A stretch of DNA of 64,000 nucleotides from Squalus acanthias (taxonomy: Eukaryota), in assembly GCA_030390025.1 (NCBI GenBank), contig CM059433.1, forward strand, positions 27,282,001 through 27,346,000. The letters are read 5' to 3'. The stretch's first letter is position 1. Every line of letters begins with the position of its first letter. Of the stretch, positions 24,328-37,020 are shown piece after piece. The notes under the pieces were generated by a model. That model did not search any database, was not told the DNA's origin, and saw only the letters and a list, made by a program, of their open reading frames with translations. The position numbers and the translations under genes are program-made.

Positions 24328-25172
24328 GGGGGGAATTTTGCCAGCCCTGGGGAGGCGGGTATGGAGGCGGGACTGCCGGGAAAATGGCAGAAACTGGGAG
24401 CGGGTACCGAACCCGCTCCCAACCCGCCTCCGTGCCATCTTCCCGGGAGGCGGGCCCTCGACTCGCGCAGGGACCCATCTCCTCAAGGCGGGAAGGGGAT
24501 TACAGCCAATGAACTGCCTGTTAACAGGTAGTTAACAGGCAGTTAAGAGGCTTATCCCCATTTTACCCCTGCAAGTGCGGGCTTCCCGACGGTTGCGAAC
24601 CTCGCCAGGGTCAGCGAGGCGAGCAGTGGGTCTGCGGGGGTGAGAGGGGTCAAAACGTCAGCTGTAGAGGTGAGAGATGGGTGCAAGTGTGGAGAGGTGA
24701 GTATGAGAGGTGAGTGTAAAGTGTTAGAAAAAGTTTAGTTACCTTTGTTTCTTCCTGCAGGCTTCAACCCTTGCGGATCCGGAGGTGCCTCATCTCAATG
24801 GCAGAGATGACAGAATGGCTGCTGCATTCTCAGATGCAGCAGCTTTCTGATTTCTGCTGAGGAAAAAGGTTTGGTGAGCCTTCAGTACAAGGGCTCACCT
24901 GAGAACAGAGATTGTCAGTGTTTGACAGCTTCTCAAAGCTGTCAAACGCTGACAATTCATCTGTCAAAAATTTTTGACAGATGAAACGTCATACGTTGAC
25001 ATCCTCTGTCACCGGCTTTCCCTTAATTGGCCGGCTAAGCCCGCAGGGCGGGCTTAACAAGGTCAATTAAGGGAAAATAGCATGGGTTGGCCGGACGTCG
25101 TTGGGGGCGGGACTGAAACCCGACGACCAGCAGTCCCGCCCCCAACGCGCCCCCATTGAGAAAATCCAGCCC
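24328..25172. mobile_element. Harbinger-type non-autonomous element (845 bp), TSD CTT, inserted at the end of an old L2 fragment
   Basis: TIRs ggggggaattttg / aaaatccagccc; ctt on both flanks; colinear with 14517-15364. Confidence 0.88.
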
Positions 25173-26279
25173 CTTCTGTGCTCTTGACTTGGTGTCCTTC
25201 GAAGTTTTGCTACTCTCTCCTTTGCATTGCTTTGACTTGCTCTTTCTTTCAAGCACCCATTCCTTTGGATGCTGGCCATCTTACTTCCATCTCCTTGACT
25301 TCTGCATCCCAGTTTCACTCTTCCTTTCTCTTGACCTGCATCTTTAAACCCTACAGCATCTTCACTCATCCCATTAGTCAAAGGTTGCATTTTACCATTT
25401 TATCTTTCACACTTTTATTGATCTTTTATGGATTAACAAACTTGCAGTAGATTATAAAGCTCTGGCTAATGTCAGTTATCTTTTTTACTTTAATAATACT
25501 CAAAATAGTTCATCTAAATTATTTACTTAACAGTATCAATTATATTTATTTGTATACCTGTTACACATTGTTAAATTTGTTGCTAAGCCTTTGTAAGGAC
25601 TGCCAAGGCTGATACCTTTGCCAAGCTCCTTCTGCCATATTGGCTCCTCATAATTAACCTCATAAATACATCAACCTGCAAAACACTACAATTATATGAC
25701 AGGCCAATGTGAACTTTTTCTAAACTAATTAGAATAAAAGATAATATTACAGCAGTGCTTGTTTCCAGTAATTCACAGACAGAATATACTTGGTGAAATT
25801 ATCAGCAGTGATATAAGTGCTACCATATAACAGTCATCATCAATTCATTAGGCCCAAATTTCCTCTTTCAATAAAAAACAAAAAAGTATCTTTCTATCTG
25901 TAATCAACAACACTTGAACTAAATCATGGGGACACAAGGCTTTGATACATCCAATTTGTGAGAATAAGATTTCATCAACAATGATGGAGAAGATTGGCAT
26001 CCGCCCACTTTTATCAAAAAAGGAATTTTATCTATTGTTTTAAAACTAAGTTTAATTCAGTATTATACATTTATCAAAATGAGTACACTTAATACCAGCT
26101 CTCCCATGGCATTGCTTGAGGTGAGTCAGAGGATATACTCTTTATGACATAGGGATGTTATCAATAACATGTGATGGGAAAAGTGTGATTGGAAAGTGGT
26201 ACAAGAAGTAAGGGTTACACTTAAGGGAAGTGTGTGCTATATGCAAAAATTTTAATGTATTGTACATAGAGGTACTTAC

Positions 26280-26357
26280 AACAACTGGAATTTCACAGGC
26301 AGTTTCTCGCTGATTTTGTTCTGGGTCACAGTAAATCCTTAATTTTTGAACTTCAAA
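26280..26357 (-). CDS. COL21A1: COL21A1 TSPN exon 4 (78 nt, phase 0-0)
   Basis: FEVQKLRIYCDPEQNQRETACEIPVV; ttgcag| and GTT|gtaagt. Confidence 0.93.
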
Positions 26358-26721
26358 CTGCAAACAAAACATAATATTACGTTAAATAAAACAGTATTTG
26401 TAGTATTTTACTTTTTAAAACAATGTTATGGTTTGTTCTACATACAATAATAAATAATTTCCAAAATATGGAAGTTTGATGCCGTCTTTTGATCTTTTGA
26501 ACTCGTAAATCTCAGCTTCCCATTGATTTGCACATAAGTAGTTACATAACCAGAGCATTTTCATTTATCTTTATTTCACCACATTTAGATCAGTAAAAGT
26601 TCAAGAAACAAACAAATCTTAAACGATAGCAAAATACTGCGGATGCTGGAAATCTGAAATAACAACAGAAAACGCTGGAAAAACTCAGCAGGCCAGGCAG
26701 CATCCGTGGAGAGAGAAAGAG

Positions 26722-26758
26722 AGTTAACGTTTCAGGTCGATGACCTTTCGTCAGAACT
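26722..26758 (-). ncRNA. Minimal type-I hammerhead ribozyme motif (Penelope-associated)
   Basis: Minus strand AGTT-CTGACGA-A-AGGTC atc GACCT-GAAACGTT-AACT. Confidence 0.75.
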
Positions 26759-28762
26759 GTGAAGAGCCGGAAATCAAATAGATTTAAGGCCAGAGTAAAG
26801 CTGGGAAAAGGGGGAGGGGATAAAAGAACAAAGGGGGAGATGAAGAGACATTAAGAGACATTAAGAGATATGCAAGGCTAGAGGTGGTGTTAATGTGACA
26901 GATTAAGGCTGAAAGAAGTGTGAAATCCACTGGCAGAATGAAGGACAGCTGTCAGCTTCTAGGAGGAAAAAAAAAGGTGGGGGGGGCAAATAAAAGGGTG
27001 GAAAAAATAAAATATAAATGTGATTGGAGCTGAGGTTATGATCTAAAATTGTTGAACTCGATATTGAGTCCAGAGGGCTGTAGCGTGCCTAAACGAAAGA
27101 TGAGGTGCTGTTCCTCGAGCTTACGCTGCGCTTCCGTGGAACAGTGTAATAGGCCAAGGACGGTGAGGTCAGAGTGGGAGTGAAGCGGTGAATTAAAGTG
27201 ACAGGCCACCGGGAGCTCGGGGTCCCCCTTACGGACTGAACGGAGGTGTTCTGCAAAGCGGTCACCCAATCTGCGTTTGGTCTCCCCAATGTAGAGGAGA
27301 CCACATCGTGAGCAGCGAATACAGTATACTAAATTGCAGGAAGTACAAGTAAATCGCTGTTTCACCTGGAAGGGGTGTTTGGGGCCCTGGACAGTGGGAA
27401 GAGGGGAGGTGTAAGGGCATGTGTTGCATCTCCTGCGCGTGCACGGGAAGGTGCCGGGCGAAGGGGAAGGGGTGCTGGGGGTGGTAGAGGAGTGGACTAG
27501 GGTGTCGCGGAGGGAGCGGTCCCTGCGGAATGCTGAAAGGGGAGGTGAGGGGAAGATGTGTTTGGTGGTGGGATCACGCTGGAGGTGGCGGAAATGGCGG
27601 AGGATGATCCGTTGAATGTGGAGGCTGGTGGGGTGAAAGGTGAGGACAAGGGGAACCCTATCGTGGTTCCGGGAGGGAGGGGCAGGGGTGAGGGCAGAAG
27701 TGCGGGAGATAGAACGGACACGGTCGAGGGCCGTGTCGACCACGGTAGAGGGGAATCCTCGGTGAGGAAAAAGGAAGACATGTCGGAAGCACTGGTATGG
27801 AAGGTGGCATCATCAGAGCAGATGCGGCGGAGACGGAGAAACTGGGAGAATGGAATAGAGTCCTTACAGGAGGCGGGGTGGGAGGAAGTGTAGTCCAGGT
27901 AGCTGTGGGAGTCAGTGGGCTTGTAGTGAATGTTAGTCAATAACCTATCCCCAGAGATGGAGATGGAGAAGTCGAGGAAGGGAAGGGAAGAGTCGGAGAT
28001 GGACCATGTGAAGGTGAGGGAAGGGTGGAAATTGGAAGCATAGTGAATGAAATGTTCTAGTTCAGGGCGAGAGCAGGAGACGGCACCGATACAGTCATCA
28101 ATGTACCGGAAAAAGAGGTGAGGGAGGGGACCCGAGTAGGACTGGAACAAAGAGTGTTCCACATATCCCACGAAAAGGCAGGCATAGCTAGGACCCATGC
28201 GGGTACCCATAGCAACACCTTTAATTTGGAGGAAATGGGTAGAGTCAAAGGAGAAGTTGTTCAATGTGAGAACAAGTTCAGCCAGGCGGAGGAGGGTGGT
28301 GGTGGATGGGGACTGGTTGGGCCTCTGTTCAAGGAAGAAGCGGAGCGCCCTCAGGCCATCCTGGTGGGGAATGGAGGTGTAGAGGGATTGTACGTCCATA
28401 GTGAAGAGGAGACGGTTGGGGCCGGGAAACTGGAAACTTTTAAAATGGCGGAGGGCATTGGAAGAGTCGCGGATGTAGGTGGGAAGAGACTGGACAAGGG
28501 GAGAAAAAATAGAGTCGAGATAGGAAGAGATAAGTTCCGTGGGGCAAGAACAGGCTGAAACGATGGGTCTACCGGGGCAGTCCTGTTTGTGGATCTTGGG
28601 AAGGAGGTAGAAGCGGGCTGTGCGCGGTTGGGGAACTATGAGGTTGGCGGCCGTGGGGGGAAGATCTCCAGAGGAGATGAGGTCAGTGACGGTCTTGGAC
28701 ACGGTGGCTTGATGTTCAGTAGTGGGGTCATGGTCCAGGTGGAGGTAGGAGGAGGTGCAACA

Positions 28763-29546
28763 CACGCGCAGGAGATGCAACACATGCCCTTACACCTCCC
28801 CTCTTCCCACTGTCCAGGGCCCCAAACACCCCTTCCAGGTGAAACAGCGATTTACTTGTACTTCCTGCAATTTAGTATACTGTATTCGCTGCTCACGATG
28901 TGGTCTCCTCTACATTGGGGAGACCAAACGCAGATTGGGTGACCGCTTTGCGGAACACCTCCGTTCAGTCCGTAAGGGGGACCCCGAGCTCCCGGTGGCC
29001 TGTCACTTTAATTCACCGCTTCACTCCCACTCTGACCTCACCGTCCTCGGCCTATTACACTGTTCCACGGAAGCGCAGCGTAAGCTCGAGGAACAGCACC
29101 TCATCTTTCGTTTAGGCACGCTACAGCCCTCTGGACTCAATATCGAGTTCAACAATTTTAGATCATAACCTCAGCTCCAATCACATTTATATTTTATTTT
29201 TTCCACCCTTTTATTTGCCCCCCCCCCACCTTTTTTTTTCCTCCTAGAAGCTGACAGCTGTCCTTCATTCTGCCAGTGGATTTCACACTTCTTTCAGCCT
29301 TAATCTGTCACATTAACACCACCTCTAGCCTTGCATATCTCTTAATGTCTCTTAATGTCTCTTCATCTCCCCCTTTGTTCTTTTATCCCCTCCCCCTTTT
29401 CCCAGCTTTACTCTGGCCTTAAATCTATTTGATTTCCGGCTCTTCACAGTTCTGACGAAAGGTCATCGACCTGAAACGTTAACTCTCTTTCTCTCTCCAC
29501 GGATGCTGCCTGGCCTGCTGAGTTTTTCCAGCGTTTTCTGTTGTTA
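28763..29546 (+). repeat. Inverted copy (about 780 bp) of 26660-27441, pseudo-LTR
   Basis: Reverse complement near-identical to the left arm; identical GIY-YIG translation in ORF 28755-29168. Confidence 0.95.
29448..29484 (+). ncRNA. Minimal type-I hammerhead ribozyme motif (inverted arm)
   Basis: AGTT CTGACGA A AGGTC atc GACCT GAAACGTT AACT. Confidence 0.75.
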
Positions 29547-29654
29547 AAACAAATCTTAAATGCTGATACCTTCTCTGAGCCTGTAATGTACGATGGGAAC
29601 ATTTGTCGTTCATTATTACATGAGTGCAATTTACTGAAATAGAGTCAAACTTAC

Positions 29655-29828
29655 TGGTACAGTTGCTTCTTTCCCAAAGTACTTTCCTATCTGTGTCCTT
29701 CCGCTGATGAAGATACCAAGAACAGGTTCTAGTTGTCTTGTCTCAACTAATTTATCATCTAAGTATAAAGTGGCATCCCTCTCTGTTACCAGGACTCGCA
29801 GCAGGTGCCAGTTTTCATCAAACAACGC
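29655..29828 (-). CDS. COL21A1: COL21A1 TSPN exon 3 (174 nt, phase 0-0)
   Basis: ALFDENWHLLRVLVTERDATLYLDD...GRTQIGKYFGKEATVP; acceptor tttacgcaag|, donor CCA|gtaagt. Confidence 0.92.
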
Positions 29829-30854
29829 CTTGCGTAAAATAAGAAATGACAGTATGAGTGTATTTTTAGTTTGGGTCTTCTTATTCTCTTCACCATCATG
29901 ACTGTTTGTTGATCTGCAAGCAATCTCTTTTGCCCTGAAATTCAGTGTGCAAGGATTAGCATACACATGTTTAACTTATTCATATGCAGTCCCTCTGTTC
30001 AAGAGAGGAGTTAACCTGTTAAAAGTCATTAATTAGATACCCAAATACAGCTGCTTCTTTGAAATTAGGTAAGAAATAAAGCAAAAACCTGAATTGCAAA
30101 GTAAACATTGTGGGTGTTGTAATGACAGTTAATGTAATACCAGTCAATCCATTAGATGCAGTGTTGGCCAGCTTTGTGCAGAGTTTGGAATTAGTTTTAT
30201 GCATTTACACTTATTAGCAGAATAAAGCCATGGCAGAATTCCTTGCTATGTCATTATTTTGGTGGATATATAACACAATGGGCCATGAATCAAGCAGTCA
30301 ATCTCTACACATGGTAGTCTTAGAACTGATAGAATTCAGAAGTTTAATTAAAAAACTGAGAGGTAAAGCATAGGAGGAAATCGGTGACCTGGACAATTAA
30401 TCCTGAAGAGCACTGTTACAGTCATAGAGCTGCAGTGAAATGGTGGGACTATGAATTAAACAACCTTCCAATTTGAAGGATCTCACCACATTCCTACGTT
30501 CAGGTCTTTTGTCTGGGTGGCCTTGAACATTTAACAGTTAATTTTAAAGGCAACCTTGGCAATAAAGTAGTGAGCTGAACTGGAGCTCTCACAGCCAGAA
30601 TCCTCTCAGCTATGCCACTGTGGAGAAACACCAAGTTGAGGTCAATCATTTTCTAAGGTAAAGAGGGAAATGGATAAAGAGAGAGGCACTGTGATCCACT
30701 CTCATGCATCTGGCAGATGTTTTCGGAGCAACACTGGATACGTCTGAAAGCGCCTGCCCACCTCTACAGCAAGGGAACATGCATAAAATAGAAAGACCCA
30801 AGCAAGGGGAAGGGGGGGGGGGGAAATATTAAGCTACGTTCACCCTAGAAATCT

Positions 30855-31460
30855 AGGCCGAGAAACTGTGTGAAGTTGATGTGTGACCGTTCCGTGCGCT
30901 GGCACATGCAGCCTGAGGCCTGAGCAAAATTTGGCTTTGGGTTTCATTTAAATTCTGCCGTCAAGCTATGGGTGCCAAACGGGCACCCCGCTGCAGCTCA
31001 CCGTTCAGGGAGTTCAGAAAATCGTGAGCTGGCCAGCAGGTTGGATGGGGAAGTGATCCCAGGGAGGGCCTCAAACGGGCCGGCAGTGGACCCAAGTTCA
31101 CTTGTTGGCCCACAAAAACACCTCATCATTTCTTGGGCCTATTTTTGAGCAGCCTCCAATGGTCCCTTAAGGACTGCGAGTACAACTAGGCGGAATATCA
31201 ATGACGCTCACTCGACCCATTTGTACCTGATTTTACAGTCTGGGTCCTACAACTGGCAGGGGACTCCATATGCATATTTAAGGAGCCTAACGCCTGTTTC
31301 AGGTGGGTGTCCTCAACAACTAAAAGTCACCAGAATTAATAAGCCTTCTGATGAACTTCCGGCGCAGATCGGGTGCGATAGATCATGATGCAAAATTTGG
31401 AGGTCTAATGCCGATTTTATACCAGACAAATTTGTGACTGTGAGTTAAATTTCTCCTCCC
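30855..31460. mobile_element. Degenerate Harbinger-like MITE
   Basis: ggccgagaaact / aaatttctcctccc ends around a CpG-richer island. Confidence 0.4.
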
Positions 31461-31759
31461 TTTACGCTGTATTGCCTAAATATCTAGGGGTTGATTCTCT
31501 TGTCTCCTCTCCATCTGACCTGAACACGTTTGTATTTGTGGGTTTTAAGTCATTAGTCTAGGCCTGCCCCTGGAAAAAGGAGACAGAAATCCAACCATTA
31601 TTGCATGCCCAAGAGGCCTGCAGCTACAATAATGTCTGCTAACTGCGGAGCCTTCTGGCTGTTGTCCGAAAAAGGAGTTGTTGAGTATTGAGCTGTGTGG
31701 TCTGGGAGAAAGTGCGGCCAATTAGAGGATGTGCCTGGCGAGTGGAGACTTGAGTTACA

Positions 31760-34131
31760 GGACTAGAAATTCGGTAGGTTAGCGCCCCCAGTTAGCGCCT
31801 GGCGGGGGCGCTAACAGGGCGCTCAGGCATTAGTGCGCGGCGGGGCGAATCCCGCGCCGCACGGCAAATTCGCCAGCTCCGTAACGCCGGCGATAGCAGT
31901 TAGCGCCTCGGTCCCTTTCATCATGCAGATCATGACGTCAGTAAGTCTGCAACGCTCGCTGGGCGTCCGATCTGCAAACTTCAGTAGCGCCCCCTGCTTA
32001 CCGCCTCGCGCCAGCAGCGCCAGGGACCAGAGGCATGAAGCAGCCAGCTGGCGGGGCGCTACTTAAAGGGATGCGCCCCAGCTGGCAAGGAACTTCCGTT
32101 CCAAAGGTCATTTATGAGTGGCAGAGAGCGCAAGATGTATCTGCAGCCAAATAAAGGCTGCGTAGTCCCCGGAATGTTGCGGCTCGTCAAAGCACTTTGC
32201 ATTTCATCTCACAGCATATCGCCGTTCTGCACTCCCCGAATCATTGGGGGTTGGTGTGCAGACTCCAGTGACCCTCCCCTTTAATGGCTGGAAGGAGTGT
32301 GATGGAATACTCTCCATTTGCCTGGATAAGTGCCGCTCCAACAACACTCAAGAAGCTCGACACCATCCAAGACAAAACAGCCCGCTTGATTGGCACCCCA
32401 TCCACCACCTTAAACATTCACTCCCTCCACCACCGGCGTACCGTGGCTGCAGTGTGTACCATCTACAAGATGCATTGCAGCAACTCGCCAAGGCTTCTTC
32501 GGCAGCACCTCCCAAACCTGCGACCTCTACCACCTCGAAGGACAAGGGCAGCAGGCGCATGGGAACACCACCACCTCCAAGTTCCCCTCCAAGTCTACAC
32601 CATCCTGACTTGGAAGTATATCGCCGTTCCTTCATCGTCGCTGGGTCAAAATCCTGGAAATGCTTCCCTAACAGCACTGTGGGAGTACCTTCACCACACG
32701 GACTGCAGCAGTTGAAGAAGGCGGCTCACCACCACCTTCTCAAAGGCTACTAGGGATGGGCAATAAACGCTGGCCTTGCCAGCGATGCCCACATCCCATG
32801 AACGAATAAACCCCGATTGTCTGCAGATGAGGTTCCTCGTGGTAGCATGGCTGTCATTAAATGATCACTAGCCTCGAGTGGTGGGTTGCGGAGGGTAGTC
32901 ATCAACCAGGTGTAGAGCGGATAGCCCTTGTCTCTGAGCAGCTACCCTCTGGTTCGGCGTGGTGGCTGTATGATTGCTGGCACAGTGGACTGGCGCAGGA
33001 TGAAGGCGTCCTGACTGCTGCCAGGATACATCACCATCATGATGTGCTGAGCATGGTCTCACACCAACTGCACAATAAATGACTGGTAGCCTTTGCAGTT
33101 ATGGTACATCTCACCATTGATATGCGGCGCCCGCAAAGTCACGTGTGTGCAATCTATGGCGCCCTGCACTATGAGGAAGCCGATATCCTGGCAAATCCAC
33201 GTGCGTGCTCCTCCTGCTTCTCTCTGTTTAGACAATGAATTCCCTTCTCCCGGAGTACAGAGCCTCTGTGACCTCTTGGATGCAGCTACTGATGGCGAAC
33301 TACGAGATGTTAGCTGTGTCACCCGTTCCAGCCTGGAAGGATCCACTGACGAAAATATTCAGGGACACGGTCACCTTGGGGGCCACTGGCAGACCCATCA
33401 TCGCCCTACTCTGTGGCTGCAGGTCTGGTTCCAAGAGATGGCAGAGTTCTGCTGAGCCTCCGAATATACTGCTCCTGGCTTAGGTGCTGGTAGAAGTGCT
33501 CCCTGAAGACCTAAGGTGGGTAAGACTTCCTGCTGAGAGCCCTCCTCCCTCTGCAAGCAGCTTGTCTTCTTTGCTGCCTCTGCTCCATCTCCCTGTCATG
33601 CTGCAGTGCGAGGGGGACTGCAAGTAGAGCCCCCATGACTGGGAACAAGTAGTGCAGTCAGAGGCCTTCCAGTTGCAGCCAACACCTTTCCAATGTCCAG
33701 CAGCACTCCCTACACATTTTAACAATGTTATAAATGTCTTCCAGCAAGTCAGTATTGATATAAAATCTGCAAGAGCCAGTACAAGAAAAATAATCAACTT
33801 ACCTGCAAGTTGGATGTATCCCTTTAAATATCGCTGGTGGGGGGTTCCTCGTGCAGCTGAACACACGTTCAGTTGTGCATGTTTAGGAGAGGGCGTTGTT
33901 TGGAACGGCAACATCCAAAAAGCCATGCATCAAATCGGCGTTAAACGCTAACTGACGTCACGATCTGCCTATTTGCATACTGCCAGCGCACGCACGTCCC
34001 GCCCGCACTATCGCCCTCATCAAGATGGCGATCAGTGCAGGGCTGTGCCGGAAGTGCATGGAAACGAGGCGGCCACCATTTTTTTCCGAAACCAGCCTTA
34101 ACTGCCGGCGTAAGGTGCCGAATTTTGCGGC
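31760..34131 (-). mobile_element. Deleted PIF/Harbinger transposon with HARBI1-type DDE transposase remnants (about 32830-33650)
   Basis: Ends ggactagaaattcgg / ccgaattttgcggc; ORF 33059-33346 GFLIVQGAIDCTHVTLRAP...YHNCKGYQSFIVQLV. Confidence 0.8.
32284..32810 (+). mobile_element. 3' end of a non-LTR retrotransposon nested in the Harbinger
   Basis: RSVMEYSPFAW...KKLDTIQDKTARLIG...SLHHRR; ends gggcaataaa...aacgaataaa. Confidence 0.7.
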
Positions 34132-34500
34132 GAAAGAGTTAGGGTGTTGCTTAGACTGGAGAAGGGTTAGAAGTGCTGTACCCCAGGAGTGAGTGCTGGG
34201 TCCACTTTTGTTTTCAGTTATATAAAGATGATTTGGACTTCGGTATTGGGTACACAATCTCAAAATTTGCTGATGATACAAAAGAGAGGGGGAGTTGGCA
34301 AACAAATAGGAGGACTGTAAAAGACTTCAGGACAACATAGTGGGCAGTCAGGTGGCAAATGCAATTTAATGTGGATATTTGCGAATTCATATATTTTAGA
34401 AGGAAAATCAAGGAATGGGAATATATACTTACTGGAAAGACACTGAAATGCCAACACAGACACAACAGGCTGAATGGCCTCCTTCTGACTGTAAATGTCC
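34132..34500 (+). mobile_element. Degenerate CR1 RT fragment
   Basis: gtaccccaggagtgagtgctgggtcc; KFADDTK; MQFNVD. Confidence 0.65.
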
Positions 34501-34509
34501 TTCTGTGCT

Positions 34510-35706
34510 GTAATCGTCCTTCCCAACCTGTCTGCAGCCTTTGACACGGTTGACCCCACCATCCTCCTCCAACGCCTCTCCACCGTCGCCCAGCTGGGTG
34601 GGACTGCACTCGCCTAATCATAGCCAGAGAATCACCTGCAATGGCTTCTCTTCCCACTCCCGCACCGTTACCTCTGGTGTCCCCCAACGATTTATCCTTG
34701 GCCCCCTCCTATTTCTCATCTACATGCTGCCCCTCGGTGACATCACCCAAAAACACAGTGTCAGTTTCCACATATATGCTGAAGACACCCAGCTCTACCT
34801 CACCACATCTCTCGACCCCTCCACGGTCTCTAAATTGTCAGACTGCTTGTCTGACATCCAATACTGGATGAGCAGAAATTTCCTCCAATTAAATATTGGG
34901 AAGAGTGAAGCCATTGTCTTCGGTCCCCGCCACAAACTCCGTTCCCTAGCCACCGACTCCATCCCTCTCCCTGGCAACTCTCTGAAGCTGAACAAGACTG
35001 TTCGCAACCTTGGTGTCATATTTGTTCCCGAGATGAGCTTCTAACCTCATATCCGTGCCATCACGAAGACCGTACTTCCACCTCCGGAACACTCCGAACC
35101 GTCCTCAGCTCATCTGCTGCTGAAACCCTCATCCATGCCTTTGTTACCTCTAGACTTGACTATTCCAATGCACTCCTGGCCTGCCTCCCATGTTCTACCC
35201 TCCATAAACTTGAACTCATCCAAAACTCTGCTGCCCATGTCCTAATTCACGCCAAGTCCCATTCACCCATCACCCCTTTGCTCGCTGCCCTACATTGGCT
35301 CCCAGTTAAGCAATGCCTCAATTTTAAATTTCTCATCCTGGTTTTCAAATCCCTCGATGGCTTCACCCCTCCCTATCTCTGTAATCTCCTAAAGCCCCAC
35401 AACCCTCCAAGATATCTGCGCTGCTCTAATTCTGGTTTCTTGAGCATGCCCAATTTCAATTGGTGGCCGTGCCTTCTGCTGCCTAGGCCCTAAGCTCTGG
35501 AATTTCCTCCATAAACTTCTCCGCCTCTCTATCTCTCTTTCCTCCTTTAGGACGTTCCTTAAAACCTACCTCTTTGACCTAGCTTTGGTCAGCTGCCCTA
35601 ATATCTTTTCATGGGATTCGGTGTCAAATTTTGTTTTATAACACTCCTGTGAAGGGCCTTGGGACATTTTACTACATTAAAGGCTCTATATAAATACAAG
35701 TTGTTG
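34510..35706 (+). mobile_element. L2 LINE 3' fragment
   Basis: LSAAFDTVD, GVPQ..LGPLLFLIYM, LHWLPVKQ; tail ctatataaatacaagttgttg. Confidence 0.88.
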
Positions 35707-36095
35707 TAAACGCCTATGGTTCATGTTGCAAAACCTAGTAATAAGTTGAGGAAGACTTGAGGTTGTGGACACTGTCATGGAAAATTGCAAAACACTGAAA
35801 ACAAGAGTAAGCCAGAAATCTGGTGATTATATCATATACTGGTTAAGTTTTTTTTTTCTAATAGTACTTTGTAATTGTTAATGGAAATCTACAAACAAGC
35901 TGGTTTCTACTTGTTTTCTGTAACTCCTAATCTACAAGACAATGAAAAAAGAAAAAAGAAGCCTACAGATAGAATAGGTAATCAGAATAAATTATAGTTA
36001 TATATATCGATACAAAATATCACACAAGTATGTCCCTAGCAAAGAGGCTATGAATAGGACAGAATAAGATAAACAGAATTTGAGATAAATTCTAC

Positions 36096-36321
36096 CTTTA
36101 TAAGTGCAGAAGTGAAGGTCACAGACTGTGTATCATTCATCCTGTGTGTTGTATAAAAAATTACTGTGTTGTCTTCACCATTCAGTGTAACCGCTGTTTG
36201 AATTGTGCCATCTAGAGCTAGGATTCTCCACAAATCCCATTTTTCCTTAGTTACAGGTCTCTTGAATCGTAATGTGGACACAAAGACATAGGAAGGCGGA
36301 AGACCATCAGGAAAAATATCC
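36096..36321 (-). CDS. COL21A1: COL21A1 TSPN exon 2 (226 nt, phase 2-0)
   Basis: DIFPDGLPPSYVFVSTLRFK...WDLWRIL...FTSALIK; ttgcag|G and AAG|gtaga; 119-nt upstream intron. Confidence 0.93.
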
Positions 36322-36440
36322 CTGCAATGAAAATCCTTGGTTTTTGAATTACAGAATACACCACAAAAATCTTAGGCAGTGCTTCAATGAAAAGATAAAA
36401 GGAAATGATTTTCTAAAAAGTAAATTCTGAAAACAAATAC

Positions 36441-36606
36441 CTTGTCTTTTCTGTTAAATCACTCTGCGATGTAACCCTATAAGCTTTTTTACCATGGTAA
36501 GAGCCTTCAATTTTACTAGCTTTTTTCCTTATATCTAGTCCAACAAGGATATCAAAACCTTTTTCATCTCGAGATGCCACAGGTATTCTTGTAGGGCAGA
36601 CAGTTT
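36441..36606 (-). CDS. COL21A1: COL21A1 TSPN exon 1 (166 nt, phase 1-2)
   Basis: ETVCPTRIPVASRDEKGFDILVGLD...; ttttcag|AA and AG|gtattt; phase continues from the vWA exon. Confidence 0.93.
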
Positions 36607-37020
36607 CTGAAAAGAACAACAAAAGTTTTGCTGTAAAAATTCACACACAATTTCTGACATACATACACTCACAGACACATGGGATAATCTCTGCAAATTT
36701 GGCAGGGCAGTTTTACATTAAAATACAGGTTTTAATAGTAGTTGTTAGGTTAAAAAAGTTGAACAGATATGGCTGAATCTTTAACATTAATGTTTTGAAA
36801 TTAAATCTAATGTAGCAAGGTAATTAAAAACCAAGCATGATTTCAAGAGTTGTCAGAGTATCAAAGATATGAATGTTTTCACTCAGGTTTTATACATATA
36901 TATATCTACATATTCAGGTACTGTTCCTAACACAAAAGTGTACTGCAGGCATAACATGAGAATATAAGAAACCATGGAACAACATAAAACTATTTTGCCA
37001 TCAAGCCCATTCCTTCCACA

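Larger units (their letters stand above)
26624..29546 (-). mobile_element. Penelope-like retroelement (Neptune-type): 5'-truncated RT plus GIY-YIG with an inverted terminal duplication
   Basis: RT (GVAMGT, RYIDD) 27497-28755; GIY-YIG (VYCIRCSRCGLLYIGET...GLN) with CxxxxCxxC linker; one frameshift near 27763; 14-bp TSD aaacaaatcttaaa at 26610-26623 and 29547-29560. Confidence 0.95.

Noticed and set aside
28755..29168. Stand-alone GIY-YIG nuclease gene
   Set aside because: It is the inverted duplicate of the Penelope 3' end and has no authentic start.
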